Source: the human T2T-CHM13v2.0 reference genome, Homo sapiens
Assembly: GCF_009914755.1 (NCBI RefSeq)
Contig: NC_060930.1
Direction: 5' to 3' (one strand)
DNA length: 64,000 nt
Of the stretch, positions 15,328 to 30,906 are shown piece by piece. The notes below the pieces were generated by a model. That model was not told the DNA's origin. It saw only the letters and a program-made list of their open reading frames with translations, and ran no database searches. Position 1 is the first letter of the stretch; every line of letters starts with the position of its first letter. Position numbers and translations under genes: made by a program.

Positions 15328-17901
15328 GTGATTTTGGCAATGGAGTGTAGGATGTGTTTGAGACAGGCCAGGAGGTAAATAAACAGTCCATGTGAGAATC
15401 TGAACCAACAGTGGGAATAGACAATAGAGACAGATGGAAGACATTTTACTCATCTATTCATTCATTCAACAAATATTTTGTCCTCATTGGTATGCTAGGC
15501 ACTACAGGGTCAAAGATTAGAAATGATAATCCCTACCTGGAAGAAGCTTGGAACCTTCAGTAGTTGTAGAGATAAATAATCCTAGCAAGGCATCAAGTGC
15601 AGTGAGATACAGGGGGCCCTATGGGAACATGCAGGCAAGGAATCCAGCCTGCCCTGGGGCTGGGGCGTGGGAGATGGTTCCAAGAGGAGGTGTTTCCTGA
15701 ATTGCCTTTTGAAGTTTTTATATTGGGTTTAATAACTGTATTGTGAGATATATTATTTATACCAAAGAGTGCATAAAGCATAAGTACAGTTTAATGAATA
15801 ATTACACAGGGACATCCCTACAGCACCATCCCTGAAGTGAGTTTGGAAGGGTAGGTAGTAGTTAGCCAGGTTAAGCTGGGGAAAGATCCGGGAGGAGGTA
15901 ATGATGTGTGAGGCAGAGGACATAGCAAAGGAATAGAGAGCATGGTATGTAGGGAAACTGCATGCAGTTCATGGTCACTGAAGTGTGAACTGGGGATCAA
16001 CAATATAAAGTCAGAGAGTAAGGCAGGAAGGGGTTTGCATTTCTGCTTGATTACCTTGGGCATACTAACCCACTCCCCCTACCCTGGATTTTCACTAGGG
16101 AAGCCATATTATCAGACTTGGTCAGGCCATCACTCTGATGATAGTGGTTTGTCATGGAGGTAGATATGAATAGAAGCTGGAATGCTGATCAGAAGATTGA
16201 TGCAGTCATCCAGGTTAGAGAACAGTGGTAGTAGGGATTCAATGGAGAAATATTTAGAAGGTGAGTGAGCAGGCAGGTCCTGGTAGTTGGGAACCAGATG
16301 AGGAGTCAGGGATGATATCTGAGATTCCAGCTAGGGCACTGAGTGGGTACAAACTGGAATAGATGATAATGGGAAAAGGATGAGTTTAGGTTTGGACATC
16401 CTGAACAAGAGGAGCCTATGGTACAAGCATGAAGAACTGCATAGCAGGCTTTTGAGTATCCAAGAGCAAAGCCAGGCAATGATTACTTATGCAAGAAGCA
16501 GAAGATCCCTGTATGGGACAAAAAACAAAACAAAACAAACAGAAAACCACTGAGTCAAGACACATTGTACAGCTCCAAGATTCCTTCTGTGCCGTTTTCC
16601 CCCAGCATGATATATATATTTGGCAAAGAGAATTGACATGACCCAATACTCTTGAGACTGGATCAGGCCATTCCAAGTTTATTACAAGAAATTTATACTA
16701 GAATTACTTAATGAGATAAAATTTCTCCACTGTGCCACTTGAAGCTGCGAGAATAACACTGGCTTTGGGTGATGTGCTTCTGCCCAAACTGGATGGGTGG
16801 ACGTGCTCTATTTGCCGTATAAGTTAGTGAGCTACATTGTAGAGTTAGGATGTAAAGAAATTGATAAGCTGTTGTTAGTTGTCTCTAAGAAAAACCTGCT
16901 AAAGAAATACGCAGGCTGCCGCTGTTTGGGCTCCAGACGCAGAAAAAGAAAAACCCAAAGGGTTTTCCTTTCCTCTCATCCTTTAAAATTAAAAATACTT
17001 CCCCTTCCTCTCTCTTATTAAGTAACTACATAATACCTTTCAGGCAGCAACATAAAAATTACAGAGTAGGCCAGAATATGGGGAAATTTTTAATTAAATC
17101 TGGGGTTTCATTTGTTTTTTAATTTATTAAAAAATGCTTGGCCAAAAAAAAATCCCAATTTCCCTCTGCCCCCCTTTTTATATATCCTTATGCATTTGGC
17201 AGAGCTCATGACAATGTCTTTCCACCTGTGGACCAGCCAAAAGCCTTTTCTGAAGCTCCTACTAATTTGGATTAAACTGACTGGTTAAAAGCTTCACACA
17301 GAAATGCTGCCAGGAAAGTCATGAGGTCTGATGACATTTAAGTCTACAGTCTTATCTTTTGGACCAAAATAAATGAACAAAGATCTAGTTTTTGATCTTG
17401 CATTTGTTAGCTTGTTTTCTCTCTTAGTTTTGGAGAAACAGATCAAGAACCTGAAAACAGGAGAACCATGTTTTTGCCTCCAGTCTGTCTTTCTGAACCC
17501 AAAGAGAAGCTCTTTCATGATCCTAAGTGGGTTCCTAAGGAAACAAGAAGGGCAGGACTGGTGCTGTGTGATGAATCAGCTTTCTGGGGAAGACCTGACC
17601 CATTTCTGCTAGGGGTAAATGGCCCAGAAGACTTGCTCCTATGGCGGGGGATGTCACCTGATGCATTGGAACCTAAGGCTAGACCTTGAAGTGTACCAAG
17701 TTCATCTCTGTGTCCTTTTTTTTTTGCCTCTCAACAAGGAATTAGACATAGTCCTATCCTCAATGAGCTCATGGTCTGGAGGATGGCGGTGGTATGAAAC
17801 AAAGAGGTAAGTAGTCAGTTAAAATAGTGTGATCCGTCTTTCCACAGGGCAAGCCCAGTGTGAGTCTAAGAGGAGCACCTAGCCACTTCTAACAGTGGTA
17901 G

Positions 17902-18428
17902 TGTATTAACCATGTGTTTCTGATGTTTTGACATCTGGGGCTTTGCTGACCCTGGAGAGACCAGAACCAGCCAATTCCTAGAGATAAAGGTTTCACCTTC
18001 CTTCAAGTGTGTCTTTTATAGAAACTAAACAGTCCAGAGTCCACTCACTCTATTTCCTCTTTTATACAGCTTTTATGCTTTGGGTCACTATTTCTCAGAC
18101 CTAATCACTTTTGGGCCAGGTACCAGGTAACTTAGGGACAACCCCTATACCCCAGAGCCTGCTGAGATTATTCAAACTAGCTAATCCTATGCCTGCTTAT
18201 CCTGCCTTACCTGTTCCTTCCTCTGGAAACCACAATAAAGGCTCTTGTCCACATTTTCCCCTCCCCTCTGCCTCCTGAACGACCCTGGTCCTTCCCCACA
18301 TGGCCCTGCATGGCGTGGTGTGTCCTCTCGAGAGCTTCGAGGAACAAACTGTCTTTTCAATTAAAATTGTCTTGTGATCTGTTGGTCTCACCATACCTGA
18401 ATAATAATAAAACCTACATTTAAAAACA
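17902..18428 (+). mobile_element. Solo ERVL LTR (MER74/MER73-like) inserted in an antisense L2 (17730-17900, 18430-18720)
   Basis: TG...CA termini tgtattaaccatg ... cctacatttaaaaaca; internal AATAAA at ~18234. Confidence 0.7.
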
Positions 18429-19583
18429 CGTGAGAGAGGACTGGATCAAGGAAGAAGCCTGAGAGATGACATCTAAGTTAACCCCTAAAGAAGTGGAAGT
18501 TGCGTGATCATGTCAGGGGGTGAGGGCGGGAAGGGGGATTCCAGGCAGAGAGAATAGCACTGGAAAAGCATATTTGGGTAACAGTTCAACTAGTTGGTGT
18601 GCCAGGAGCTAAATGCATTAGCCAAAGAGGAGAAATGAAGCTGGACAGGTCATGAGAGCCAGATCCTAAAGGACTCATACGCCCTGCTGCAGAATCTGCA
18701 CTTAATTCTGGGAGAAGCCCACTCCCTGTGACCTCCTCTCCCCTTTGGTAATGCCAAGGCTCTTTGGGAAGTTTTAATTTCTTTCAAAATGGTGACCTTG
18801 GCTGAAGTGCTTGAGTTCCTTGACAAAGGGTGCCTGTAAAGAGGGAGTCTGTGGCTTTGCCTTTGCTCCAGGGTCTGTTTCTGCCTTGGTTCTAGGTCTC
18901 AGTTAATGCTGTCTTCTAAGTTGGGTGAATTGCATAGCTGAGGCTGCTTGAATTAAGGCATTGACACCACAAAGCTTCCATTTCCCCATCTATAGAGCCC
19001 CCCTAGGTGCCCAGTTACACTGTGGTAAGAGATTGCCCAGATAAGTACAGCAGAAACCTTCCTGACCCTGACTGACAGATACTTGCTCCAGAGCCAAGAA
19101 ACAGTCACATGTTGGCCTCCTGCACCGAGGGAGATGATTTTTATTGATTTCGCTCTTCACACAGTGCTGACGGTGTAGGCCTGCAGAAGAGCAAGCTGAT
19201 GAAAATAAAGATTGTGGGTTGCCAGCTCATGTTTGTCCTTATCTCCAAGGCAAAATACAAACACTGTTTCAGGGAGCTGCTTCTCCGCTCCAAGACAAAT
19301 GAGCTGTTGAAGTGTCATGATTTTAAAATCTGGTGATATACATAAAGGATATTTTACTGATCAACCTCAAGGAATCTGTCATAAATAAAAAATAGTTTGT
19401 GATTCAAGCACTGTTGCCTATTTCAGAACTTCACCTTGGAGCCCACTCTGCTGTCTTCTGAGACACAGGGTGCTCCCTGAAAGAAAACAGCTCAGAACTC
19501 CCAACACGTCTCTTTCGCATCTTTCCTTGAAGATTCTTACCAAGAGCAACCAGGCTTTTTGAGTCACCATATGCTGACGAACA

Positions 19584-19880
19584 TTTTTGTTGTTTTTTGA
19601 GACAGGGTCTGGCTCTATAGCCCAGGTTGTAGTGTAGTGGTGCAGTCTTAGCTCACTGCAGCCACAACTTCCTGGGTTTAAGCAATCCTCCCGCCTCAAC
19701 CTCCTGAGAAGCTGGGACTACAGGCACATGGCACTTCACTCATCTAAGTTTTATATGTTTTGTAGAGACAGGGTTTCTCCATGTTGTCCAGGCTGGTCTT
19801 GAACTCTTGGGCTGAACTGATCCCCTTGCCTCGGCCTCCCAAAGTGCTATGATTACAGGCATGAGCCACTGTGCCTGGCC
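19584..19880 (-). mobile_element. AluJ
   Basis: Antisense dimeric Alu (gagacagggtct ... gagccactgtgcctggcc). Confidence 0.92.
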
Positions 19881-20424
19881 TTTACGACCTTTTAAAAACC
19901 CATTACTAATGAGGATGAGAGGAAGGACAGCATGGAATCCTCTAGCCCTTGCTTGTGGCCCGCCTGGTTTTCTCTAACACTCCCTGCCTGCTTCTCCTTC
20001 ACTATTTACTGCATGCCTGGCATATGCCAGCCAGCAACCACTATGAACATCAGATGAATAAAAGATACATGTCTTATGTTGAACAGTTGTACACAGTTCT
20101 TGGTTAAACTCATTTTTGTTAAATTGTTAAGAACTCATTTATTCTGAGTCCCAAACTCTGGCACTTAAAAATAAAAAATAAAAAACAAGACTATACCACT
20201 TTCAATACACTGTTCTCTGGATGACGTACTGGGTGAGATTGGGAAGGGCAGAGAGGTTTTATGGGGTGCAACATCTGATCATAAAGGAATTGACGTTTTT
20301 TCCCTTTAGTATATACGATTTCTTTGTATGACTAAACCCGTTTCTTTGTTTATGTTTCCTCCCATAAAGTTCTACAGCCATCTTTTTCATGCTTCCTCAG
20401 TGTTCTATAAAGTTCTATAGTCCA

Positions 20425-20600
20425 TTTTTAAAGCTTTTTATTTAAATTTTTTGAATAAGCAATAAATTTACATGGTTTGAAATTCAAAACAGTTCAAAAG
20501 CGTATACCCAATGAAAAGTTTCCCTCTTTCTTCTTCTCCTTCTCGTGGGTCTCTGAGACACCCAGCTCCCTGCCTTGAGACAACCACTGTCACAGATGGC
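20425..20600 (-). mobile_element. Old L1M 3'-end fragment
   Basis: T-rich start followed by ttacatggtttgaaattcaaaacagttcaaaagcgtataccc. Confidence 0.5.
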
Positions 20601-22561
20601 TTAGCTCAATGTCAAACAATACAAGAGAGTCCCAATGTGAAGCCATCATTGAAGCACCCATGTGAAACAATGGCAAAAGCAAAGAACCAGGAGTAAGATG
20701 TCCCTTCCCAGTCCTCCCAGGACAGCTCTGAATTCATCTTTGTCTTATTTCGCACTGTTAACATAAGATAATAACCTTTCCTTAGCTATCTCTCTTGGAA
20801 TGAGAACTATTGGGATGATTTGTATGAATGCATTTGGAAAAGTTTATAAGGGTTATAAAGACTAAGGAAGAGAAAACACAGAGCCTAAAACTAAATCCAT
20901 TAGGCGAGGAGTTGAATCATGGTAAGGAGTCAAATTGTTCAAGATGTTGCCCAAGAAGTCCTTTTATTTGATTTCAAAGCTTCCACTGCTGAGATGTGGG
21001 GAGGTTATTGGGCCAATAGGGAAGGATAAAAGGTAGATTTATTTTCTGCCAGTTTTCAGATCCTCTCTTGAATTCTGCCATCACCTAGCCAGAAGCGGTA
21101 GCCTCTCTTAGGTGCATACCTAAGCAAAGAATGTGACCTCCTTTGCAGCCTCCTGATTGGCCACCTTTGGGGTCAGCTGAAGCTTATTTCCTGGGCTACT
21201 CAACTCCTTTCTTGTTTGTAGAGTGGTTTCCCATCAAGTAAAGACTTAGGCCAGGCGTGAAAGTTGGGAGAAAATACAGACTGCTGTAAGGCTATTACTT
21301 CAGGACTGATGTCACCATCCTCCTTGAGGCAGAGCTTGCCATTTACTTCAGAGGAAGTTTTGCTTGGGAAGGAATGCAGACTCTGATGTGCGGTTAAATG
21401 TGCATGTGTGAAGGGGAACTGGCCTGATAGCTGGGGGCTGGAGCCCTTCTTTATCCACAGAAGATAGGAAGCAAAGAACGGTGATAACGTGGCTTTCACT
21501 TCTGTGTGCCTCCACCTGGCCCCAAAGCTGTGTCTATTGAGATAGGAGCTCTGGGTTGGGCCCACTGAGGCTTTCTTGGTGCAGTAATTATGGAAGGGAT
21601 CAATGTCCTTCTGTTCAGTGAACTCTGGTGCAATTTTATCAAAGGAACCCTAAGCCTATGCCTTTTGTATGTTTCTTCCTTTTTTAAGTGACAATTATTT
21701 ATTTGCAGAGGCCCAGTAAATAATAAACTTGTCTTGAGCATTATCTTTCTTTTGCAAAGCAGCCTGAGCAAAGCTGCAGGATTTCTGGGAGAGAGTTCAA
21801 GGTTGACAAGCCTTTGCGGCTCTCCTCTCTTCCTCTTTCCTCTCACCTAGTCCTCCATGGCAAGAAGTAATCTGATGGTGTCTATGGTTGTCTTGATTTT
21901 CTGATGCCAGGAATTGAATTGAATTCTTATGTCTTAGGTTATCTTTGAAGCTACTTATCTCTGTATTAGGGAAAAGTCAGTACTTTTTGAAAAATCAATG
22001 TCGATGAATTATGGTGGGATATTTGGCTGGAGGCACTGATTGTATTAGCTGCCCTATTAGGGGATGTCTAGAGAAACTTCAAGTACCCTATTGATTGGAA
22101 TGGATTAGTGGCTTTATGGTCAGTGTTGAATGTAAATCAGAGCTCTGAACACTATAATTCTGTAATTTGAGGAGAAATCATTCTGTCCAATGAACCAAAC
22201 AGGCTTGGTTAAATAAGTTGCTTGAAATTCACTGAGACCAGAAGCTTTGTAATATGTTTGGCAACCATTAAAATAGTTAAAATGCTTCTGCCTAGGCGGT
22301 AATTAGTCTTCAGGAAAACACAGAAAATGTGTCATCTACACCACTGCCTTCAGTCCGTCAAACACGGCGTCTGCGTGTGAGTTGGTTTTAGCATTTTGAC
22401 AGCACTGGGGCTCAAGGAACCTAGGTCAAGACCTAATGGCCTAAGAGATTACCTCTTCATTGCCTTTGTCTTCAGAGTCTTTCTATTAGAGCAGCTTTGC
22501 TAAAGGGCTGGCAAGGATTGGAAGGCTTAGCTAGACAGCTCCATCTCCCCAGTGGTATTTC

Positions 22562-23468
<907 letters not shown>

Positions 23469-23660
23469 TCCCCAGTGGTATTTCAAAAGGATAGGGCCCA
23501 CGGAGATGACTGAGCTGGCTGGATTTTGTTACTGTACCTCTATACCTCAGAGAGGCCTAGGAGCCTGCCTTGGGTTTTGAGATTATTCTCTTGTATTCCC
23601 CTGGAGACTGAATCGAAGAATGAATTGGCTCCTTGCACCTCTTCTCTCTCTCTACTTATC

Positions 23661-23798
23661 TTTTTTTTTTTTTTTTTTTGTAGAGACAGGTTCTTGCTAT
23701 GTTACCCAGGCTGGTCTCAGAATCCTGGCCTCAAGTGATCTTTCCGCCTTGGCCTCCCAAAGTGCTAGGTTAACAGGCATGAGCCACTGCACCCAGCC
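23661..23798 (-). mobile_element. Free left Alu monomer (FLAM-like)
   Basis: Poly-T followed by only the left arm, ending gagccactgcacccagcc. Confidence 0.85.
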
Positions 23799-24139
23799 TA
23801 CCTCTACTCTTTATTAGGACACTTAGTCTCCCTGTCAATGCCCAGGAGTTGGAACAAATAACAGCTTTACTATGAACTGAGTTAGTTACTAGATTTTTGA
23901 GTTTCTATCCTCTCTAAGATTCTGGACCCTGAAAGATCCCAGAGTTGATGCATGCCAAGACCAAATCACACTGTTCAGGGTGATCCTCCTTACTCTCCTG
24001 ATATACTTTGGACTGGGCATTATTTGGCTAAAAGGAGTATCTGTGGCAGCTTTTATAAACAACAAAAGCATGACCAGCAAGAAAAGCAGTTCATGGAAGG
24101 CAGAGGCTGGGAGTGAGAGATTCACTTAGCTGCAGTACT

Positions 24140-24382
24140 TATATTAATCATTACTAGTATATGCTAAGTATCTGACATTGTGATAAGTGCATTTTATGTG
24201 ACCTTTAATCTTCATAACCATTTTATGTCCTAGGAATTATTATATCAATTTTGTAGATGAAGAAATGGAAATTCACAAAGCTTAAGCAACTTGAGGTGTT
24301 TAATAGTGAGTAATATGGAGGTGGGATTTGAACCTATATCTGACTGATGAGATCTGTGCTTCTGACCGTTTTACTCTACTAT
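24140..24382 (-). mobile_element. MIR SINE, followed by an L2 3' end (~24400-24495, +)
   Basis: attttgtagatgaagaaatggaaattcacaaagcttaagcaacttg ... gggatttgaacc. Confidence 0.75.
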
Positions 24383-25741
24383 CAATAGCAATTGGCTTTC
24401 ATCTCCTCTAGACAGTAAGTACGTTTCTCTAGGATAAAGACCCTGGCCCATTCATCTCAATGTCTAATCATAGTGTCTGGTTGAATGAAATTAAATCCTC
24501 CTTCACAAAACCCTGAGGCATTCATTGGCATGGAACTGCATGTCACCACATCCAAAAACAGCTCTGAGGAAATACTCAGAAAATTTATCTGGAGGAAAAG
24601 AAGGATAAAAATCATGGTCAATGGAAACGTGGGCAAGAACTGTTTCTGCAGACCATGATGTTGTCACTAGTCTGCTATGCTCCAGCATTCTAGTGAACAT
24701 GAACTGTCAAGAACCATCAAGAACCAGAGAAAGAGTATATAAACCCCATGAATTTACCTGAAAAGCACGGGGACTTTTCCTCTTCATGAGCAGGTTCTGT
24801 TTTATTCTTCCTTTCTTCATGCGGTGGACCTGGTTGCAGGATTTTTATTAGACTTTTTCAATTCAGAATTTTAGGTCAAGAACTCAAATGTCAACATTGA
24901 GGATTGTTTTCTCGTAAGTGATAGCTGCTCTATTACAGTCTCTAAAAATAATGTTTCGCCTCAGAATCTGACATCCGCTGTTTCTTTTTAAATTTTATCT
25001 TATCACGGGCTCTCTGGCTCAAGCTGTCCACCAGAGAAGTGAAAGGCCAGAGGGGCCTTGCAGTACCCCCACCTCTCCTTCAGGCAACTCAGACCGAGTG
25101 TAGTCTAAGAGCCCTGTTGACTCTGCCCTCTCTCCAGAGAGAATAGTCCATTCACGAATGGCTCCATCACTCAGTGCGTATGTGACACAACGCAGATCAA
25201 AGGGCGTCACAGCACCCAGAGAGTCTGGGTTGGCCCTGCTCACAGGATGTGGCTAGTCACTGCTGGAGGTGAGGACAAGGCCTGGGCTCTGTCCAGAAGG
25301 CACACAATAGCTGAGTTTCAAAGTTTCTTCTTTTTTCTTTTGATTGAGAAATGAATCCCCCAACCCTGATGACAGAACAGTGCCCCATTTGAAGGGCTAG
25401 GGGTAAGTCACTATATTAGATTTCTGAGTCTTGCAGCATTTTGAGAACACAACATAGACTACTTGTTGTTTGCTTTTAGATCAGAGAACAAATGCATTGT
25501 TTATGTAGTTTCTGTGCTCAGGGATATGGGATCACTGGCATGAGTGAAATACACAAAACTTATTGGAGTGGGCAGTTTCAACTTCCTTCCCCATCAAATC
25601 TTTCTAAGAGTTGCCAAAAGGCAAGTGGTTTCTAGGAACTGGAAGTGCTGGTGAGAAGTACAGTGGCTAAAAGAGGGCCCGCATAACAGAAGGGGAGAAT
25701 CACAGATCCCCACGGGAGCAGAGTCTCAGTCCTCCTGTACT

Positions 25742-25902
25742 TGGCTATTCAAAGTGTTGGCTATGGACCAGCACATCTGAAGCCCCAGAGCTTTTTAGGA
25801 ATGCAGGATCTCAGGCCCCACATCAGACCTACCAAAGCAGAATCTTTATTTTAACAAGATGCCCGGGTGATTTCTGTGGATGTTACAATCTGGGAAATAT
25901 GG
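25742..25902. mobile_element. MER5-type hAT-Charlie MITE
   Basis: ggaatgcaggatctcaggccccacatcagacctac ... ttttaacaagatgcccgggtgatt. Confidence 0.75.
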
Positions 25903-26400
25903 TTCCCAACTCAAAACAAGATACCACACATGCTACAGCTATTGTCTGCTGGCAGAGAAGAAAGATAGCTAAAGTCATTAATATAGTTCTTAAACTTTTG
26001 TTATTTAGGTGAATTATTTGTTTATTTAAAGTAAAATGGCCTGCTTTCTCTGAAATCATTTGTCTTGCCTCTCAGTAAATTGCTGTTTTAAATTCACAGG
26101 CTTCCTTACTTTCTACTTGCATGACAGTTCTCAGAATGAATTAAGGATCAGTCAATTTTTTTTTTTTTTTTTTTAGCTATTAATACCTGTAAACAGTTCA
26201 ATCTGACATTAGAAAATACTGACTGTTGCTGTTATCTGCCCAGGTGCCTATTTCTCCTTCATTTGGTAATGGCACCTTCCTCGTCAGAAGCCAGCAGGCT
26301 GGTGGAGCTGTCTCATATAGTCCTCTCTCCTCCGATGGCCCCTCCAAAGTGAGGTTAACTGGACACCCTCTGATGAAGCTCATTTGCTCTAGCATGCTAG

Positions 26401-26799
<399 letters not shown>

Positions 26800-28179
26800 A
26801 ATATTTTTCATTTTTATTTGCCTAAGGCAACCAGGATCTCTTTCTGTTGATTCAAACCAAAGAATCGTAGCTGAGCAAAGGAATCGAAATATAGTTCATG
26901 TTGTGGAAAAATACCAATTTTGTTCTTAAGGCGTAGAGGGAGGACACTTTTGAATCACTACAACTTTACACTTTGTTATTGTTCCAATTTTATTTACAGG
27001 TTTTCTCCCTTGCCTTGAGGTACTTTATTGTAATATGTATATATCTGTGAAAAGACTAATATTGATTAATAATCATCAGAATATAGGTAGCCTACTTTCG
27101 TGGCAACTTCAAACTTAACTTTGGTGTGGTTTTATTTTAGCTTTTAAACCTAGGACTTAGGTCTTCAGGTGCTCTTAGAACATTCAAGTGGGTTGAAAAT
27201 TGGCCCCAAATCAAATAGAACACATGAATGAATAACTTATCAATCTATCATATGGAAAATAGCAATGTTAATACAGGCTAATCCACTTAATGACTGTCAA
27301 AAGATATTACTTGACAGGTTTTTAGTTTTATTATTCATAGAGTGGCATAAAAATTCACACATCTTTCCCGTAAATGTGTTTCTTTATTTTTTATTAGTGA
27401 ATGTAAAGGACTGAAGCTGATGTAAATTTGCTAAATGAATAAATAATACTGCCTTATAAAAAATAAATTGAATCAAGCCTCAAGAACAACTAACATATAG
27501 CTCCTATCCTATTTTCAAAATGCTTTTGGAAAAGGATGGCAATGGATTCTGGTGAAACACTGGCTGATTTAATATCCTGTATCATCAGTACTCTTCAGCC
27601 ATTAAACAATATCATAAATTAATATTTATTGGACATGTTTCATAATAGATAAATAATAAAGGGTATATATCATGTGATCACATTTTATAATCCGTTATTT
27701 ATAATAATGTTACATATAAGTGAAAGTATTCCAATGTCATATAGTTATCTCTGAGTAGTTTTGCTTTATTTTATTTTATTGACTTGTTTATTTCATTCTA
27801 GTGATATGTATTTTATGATTATCAAATACATTTTGCTTTTATAACATGAAAAAAGGAAAAGGCTATTTTTGGTTCAAAATAAGGACTCAGTGGGCTTTGT
27901 GCATCAATTAATATGAGAAGATATGTTAAAGTTTAGATATCCAGACTATACCATGTTGTACCATGCAGAGTAGTATAGAAAAACTAAATTTCCCTAAGAA
28001 TGTGGGAAAAGTCTTACTAGCTTTTATTTTTAATTAACCAAATTCAATGGAACTTAAATTAAGAAAACGTTTCTGTAACAGTTCTGTTTGATTTTGTGAA
28101 GAGATCTTACAGTTGGAGATTTTTTTCTAAAAGGATAAATTAAACTTTGTGTTACAACAGACATTTCTGCTTTCTAGAC

Positions 28180-28337
28180 CAGAGCTTCTCAAATGTTAAT
28201 GTGCAGACGAATCCCCTGGGGATCTTGTGAAATTACAGATGGGTCTGAGGTGAAGCCTGAGATTCTCTGTTTCCATCATGCTTGGAGGTGAAGCCAGCTG
28301 CTGCTGATTCATGGGCCATGCTTTGAGAGGCAAGGGT
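28180..28337. mobile_element. MER5A hAT-Charlie MITE
   Basis: cagagcttctcaaatgttaatgtgca ... ctttgagaggcaagg; 8-bp TSD ttctagac / ctctagac matching the Charlie NTCTAGAN target. Confidence 0.85.
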
Positions 28338-30169
28338 CTCTAGACAGAAGTTGTCATTCCTAATGACTTTGTAAATCACTCTGAGCCATGGAAAAATAAA
28401 CAATCGGTGAGCAAAAGCTTTTACAGCCCAGGGTAGAAATCTGGGAGGATCCGAGCCTTCTGGGTCTGAAGCTTGAATGTGTCATCAGAGTGGGACTGGG
28501 GTCGGAGATCTAGGAGCAAGAGTGAGGCATGGGATGTTGGATCAAAACAGGGAAGTGGGCCGAGGAAGGACCACAGGAGGAGCAAGGCCATGTCACTGAT
28601 GTTGCTGTGTCCTGCAATATGATTTGGCATCTTACATTTCTGAAGCTGCCATTGCAGGGTTCCTTCAGTCAGTGGATTAGAAGGAGCTAGAGGTTGGCAA
28701 CCTTTGGTGAGGAGAAGTTAGGAGAATGGTGGGTCGTGAGCACTGGGGGAGGGAGGGAGAAGATGGGGGTGAGCTCTGAGTGTTGGTTCTGACTCATGAG
28801 CAAAGGTGGGCATGGGGTGGAGGGAGAAAGCGCACATGCAACAATTTGGGACCCTTGACCTCTGATGTGTCTGAGGGCAGCCCACGTGTCTCTGAAAATC
28901 TGCCTGTGAGATGACCGATACCCTGGATTAAACCACAGCTCTGTGGACCCCTTTAAGCACTTGTAAACAGCTCCAGAAGGATTAGTACCTTCTATTCTCA
29001 AAACAGGATTCAAATAAATGTAATACACAGCTGCTGGGGTAGCCAAGAGCCTTGGGCTCCTGGATTGAGGCTGTGTAAGGGTAAGTGAGGCAGGAGCTAT
29101 TAGATCACATTTCCTGACTGACTTGCATTCTGAACTGGAAAGACAGTCTCACAGGAAAAAATTAATTTGCCTCCAAGATAAAAAAAAAAGTCACCACGAA
29201 AGATTAGAGACAATTTTGAAACTGTATTTAATAACCATGACAATTTATGGCAAGATAAAAACGCCCAAACCATAAAGTGCAAATACCAGGTCAGACACAG
29301 GGTTTCTGTAGGCCAAAAAAAATCATGTAAGTTAGGCCCAGATTCATTGAAAAGGAAGGAGACAGCTCTTAGGCTGCAGATTTATCCTAAGGTCAATGTT
29401 TACTTTAAAAATCTGTGATAATTTGTTCCACCCAGAGGTGGTTTTTGTTTTATGTTCCACATCTTAATCATTTGTTTAGCAGCCTTGTTTTATGTTTGTT
29501 TAGTTAGAACCTTCTGGTGTGGAGCAAGGATCATTAAAAAGTATAATTAGCTGTAATTACTTAATACTAGAACAGAAACTGCTTTTACTTTAGATGTGTG
29601 AGCTGATCCCCCAGGCAGCGTTGGTGATCCTGCTTTGAGTCTAGGAGCATTTCCATTCACAGCTGAGTCCTTATCAGCAGAAGTGTATAGAGCCACCGGA
29701 TAATATCTCACTCACAAAACGTGAACCATTTGCCTATGAAAATGAGAGCTAAAAAACCAGAGAACTGAATATGAAACTTTTTCTTTTATTGTTAGGTATA
29801 TAGTTCAACAAGTCTACCTACTAAAAAGGGAATATGTTAGCTAGAGTAGTGTAAAGGAGAGAAGATAATTCGTCAAATAATCTTGTTCTTCTATCACGTG
29901 TCCACTGCTGGAGAACTCCTGCCACGATGACGAGGCAGGGCTGGAGTGGGAGCTGAGTCCTGCAGGCTGAGAGGCAACCACAGAGAGCCACGCCTTCAGG
30001 CAGCATGTAGGATACCCTCTTCGTGTTTCACTCACTGGTAGTGACCTGCTTTTGGTACATCTGGAGATTTCAAACTTCAAAACCTTATAACCTACACTTT
30101 AATTCTGGGGAACTGCTGGCTAAAGTTTGTGGTTAAGCAACCTTGGTTCATTTCTTGACTCCTTCATTC

Positions 30170-30520
30170 ATTAATTATTATGATCTTGAGAAAATGACAG
30201 TTTCTCTGTGCCTCAGTTTTCTTAATTGTGAAATGGGAATAATAGAAGTACTTGTCTCCTAGGATTGTGGGAAGAATTATAAAATGAATACTTGCAAAGT
30301 ATTTAAAACAGTGCCTGATACATAGCAAGTACTCAATAGATAATAACAGAAATTATATTATTACTATTCTTTAGCTGTATACTCTTGGGCAAGTTGCTTT
30401 GTTTCTCTGATGTTGTCCTTCAGACGAGATTGGGAGCGTTGAGGGTGGTATGACTGTAGACTGAAGTTGTCCTTCACGTGTACAATGAAAATAATAGTAC
30501 CTATCGTGAATTTATCATGA
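30170..30520 (+). mobile_element. MIR fragments (two)
   Basis: ctctgtgcctcagttttcttaattgtgaaatgggaataatag ... cagtgcctgatacatagcaagtactcaata; a second copy cttgggcaagttgctt. Confidence 0.75.
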
Positions 30521-30906
30521 TCATAAAAGGACCGTTGCTGAGACAGATGCTCAGACTATAGAAAACCGGAGCTCAAATGCTGCTAGACAAAGATGGGAAT
30601 ATCCTCGGTGCCTGCATAGCTATTTACATTTGCATGGGAGCAGAGGCTTCTTAGGGAAAGGCACTAGGGTTCAGACCCTTTCCTTTGTTTGACGGTTGGA
30701 GGGAGCAATGATCAAGGCTGGATTGTGAAAGTAGGGGAGCAAGGAAACCCTCTAGAAGAAACTCACTTTGAGCGCCAGGACCAAAGCTGACCTCTGCCTC
30801 CAGGCCAGGGTGTGGCTGGATCCTGTGGGGTCAGAACTCATCCTGTCTGGGCCTGGCTGTGAGTGAATCACAAGTCCAGGCCCTTTGGGTGTGGCCTTAC
30901 ATGGAC

